Below are positions 62,921 to 64,000 of a stretch of 64,000 nucleotides of DNA, one piece after another; positions within the stretch are counted from its first letter, which is position 1, and every line of letters begins with the position of its first letter. The stretch lies in contig NC_085845.1 in NCBI RefSeq assembly GCF_035594765.1, positions 77,742,024 to 77,806,023 on the forward strand, given 5' to 3'. A model generated the notes under the pieces. The model saw nothing but the letters and a program-made list of their open reading frames with translations, ran no database searches and was not told where the DNA came from. This DNA comes from Anolis carolinensis (lineage: Eukaryota). The translations under genes were made by a program, and so were the position numbers.

Positions 62921-63207
62921 CAGAGCCGGCCCTAGGTATTTTTCAAGTGTAGGCAAACAGAATTTTGCCCCCCCCCCCCAAACCAATCACTGAAAAATAA
63001 AAGCGTTGGATACGCAAAAATGTTAGATAATAAGGAGGGATTAAGGAAAAGCCTATTAAACATCAAATTACATTAAGAGTTTACAAATTAAGCACCAAAA
63101 CATCATGTTTTACAACAAATCAACAAAAAATGCAGTCTCGACTGCATCCCTGTATGTTTTGCGCCTGAAGTGACCGCTTAATTCGCCTCATTGTTGGACC
63201 GGCCCTC
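62921..63207 (+). mobile_element. Short member of the composite hAT family
   Basis: TIRs CAGAGCCGGCCC / GGACCGGCCCTC; perfect TSD tgtgagag; carries a Tigger-like fragment. Confidence 0.88.
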
Positions 63208-63689
63208 TGTGAGAGCAAGAAAAAGACTGGAATTAGGCTCACATGATTTGATGTGCAGAAAAATACTTGGTTCATAAGCAAAGCTTGGAAGGGCTGTGTT
63301 TTTGGGAAATGCTTTCAGAATTTGGTCTCCAGCTCTCACTGGTGGGATCCTGACATTGTAATTGACAGCACAATATCTTTTATAAGTTCTGTTCATGAGC
63401 CACCTTATGCTTCTATAATTCTATATTAGACTTTAAAAGCATATTTTTTAATTTTTAGTGTTCTGTATACAAACCTATATCCAATGTATTATTCAAAAGT
63501 GCCAATGATATACACACAAAATTAAGGATATACCAAATTCTCACAGATGTTCTTATCCTAGATACAACAAGACAACCCACTGAAAGAAATGATCAGCTCT
63601 TTGTTTATTGGAAGAATTTTAGAGGCTTTACTGGGTTTCCTTTAGAAACTAGTTTTTTACAGTGGTCATAAATAGTTTCTTTTTTTTAA

Positions 63690-63974
<285 letters not shown>

Positions 63975-64000
63975 TAGCGTATAGCGGTAGTGTTAAGAGC

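Overview
Vertebrate (squamate, most likely Anolis-type) genomic DNA. It contains the 5' part of one protein-coding gene on the + strand, the GABA-A receptor alpha-2 subunit (GABRA2). The visible parts are a CpG-island promoter and probable non-coding exon (~8.7-9.55 kb), a signal-peptide exon (ATG 10386-10456), a 116-bp exon (22926-23041) and a 68-bp exon (63865-63932). The gene continues beyond the window. The ORF track misses the first two coding exons and catches the third only by accident; almost all its other ORFs are transposon fragments or noise. The rest of the window is intron or upstream sequence densely filled with transposable elements: a full-length 6.4-kb antisense L1 with TSD, CR1, L2, BovB/RTE, Vingi, R4/Dong, Penelope hairpins carrying degenerate hammerhead-ribozyme motifs, Sauria, 5S- and tRNA-derived SINEs, a solo LTR, and many hAT and Tc1/mariner MITEs (including SPIN-like and OC1-like ones). 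I found no novel protein-coding system. The best leads are (1) a multi-helix RNA fold at the inverted 5' end of a Dong/R4 element (candidate ribozyme), (2) two identical isolated 19-bp RE1/REST-like motifs plus a wide-spaced RE1 in the GABRA2 introns, (3) unusually long duplications whose breakpoints sit exactly at TE ends, and (4) a modular hAT family that carries other TEs as cargo. TE family names come from recall of consensus sequences, not from a database search.
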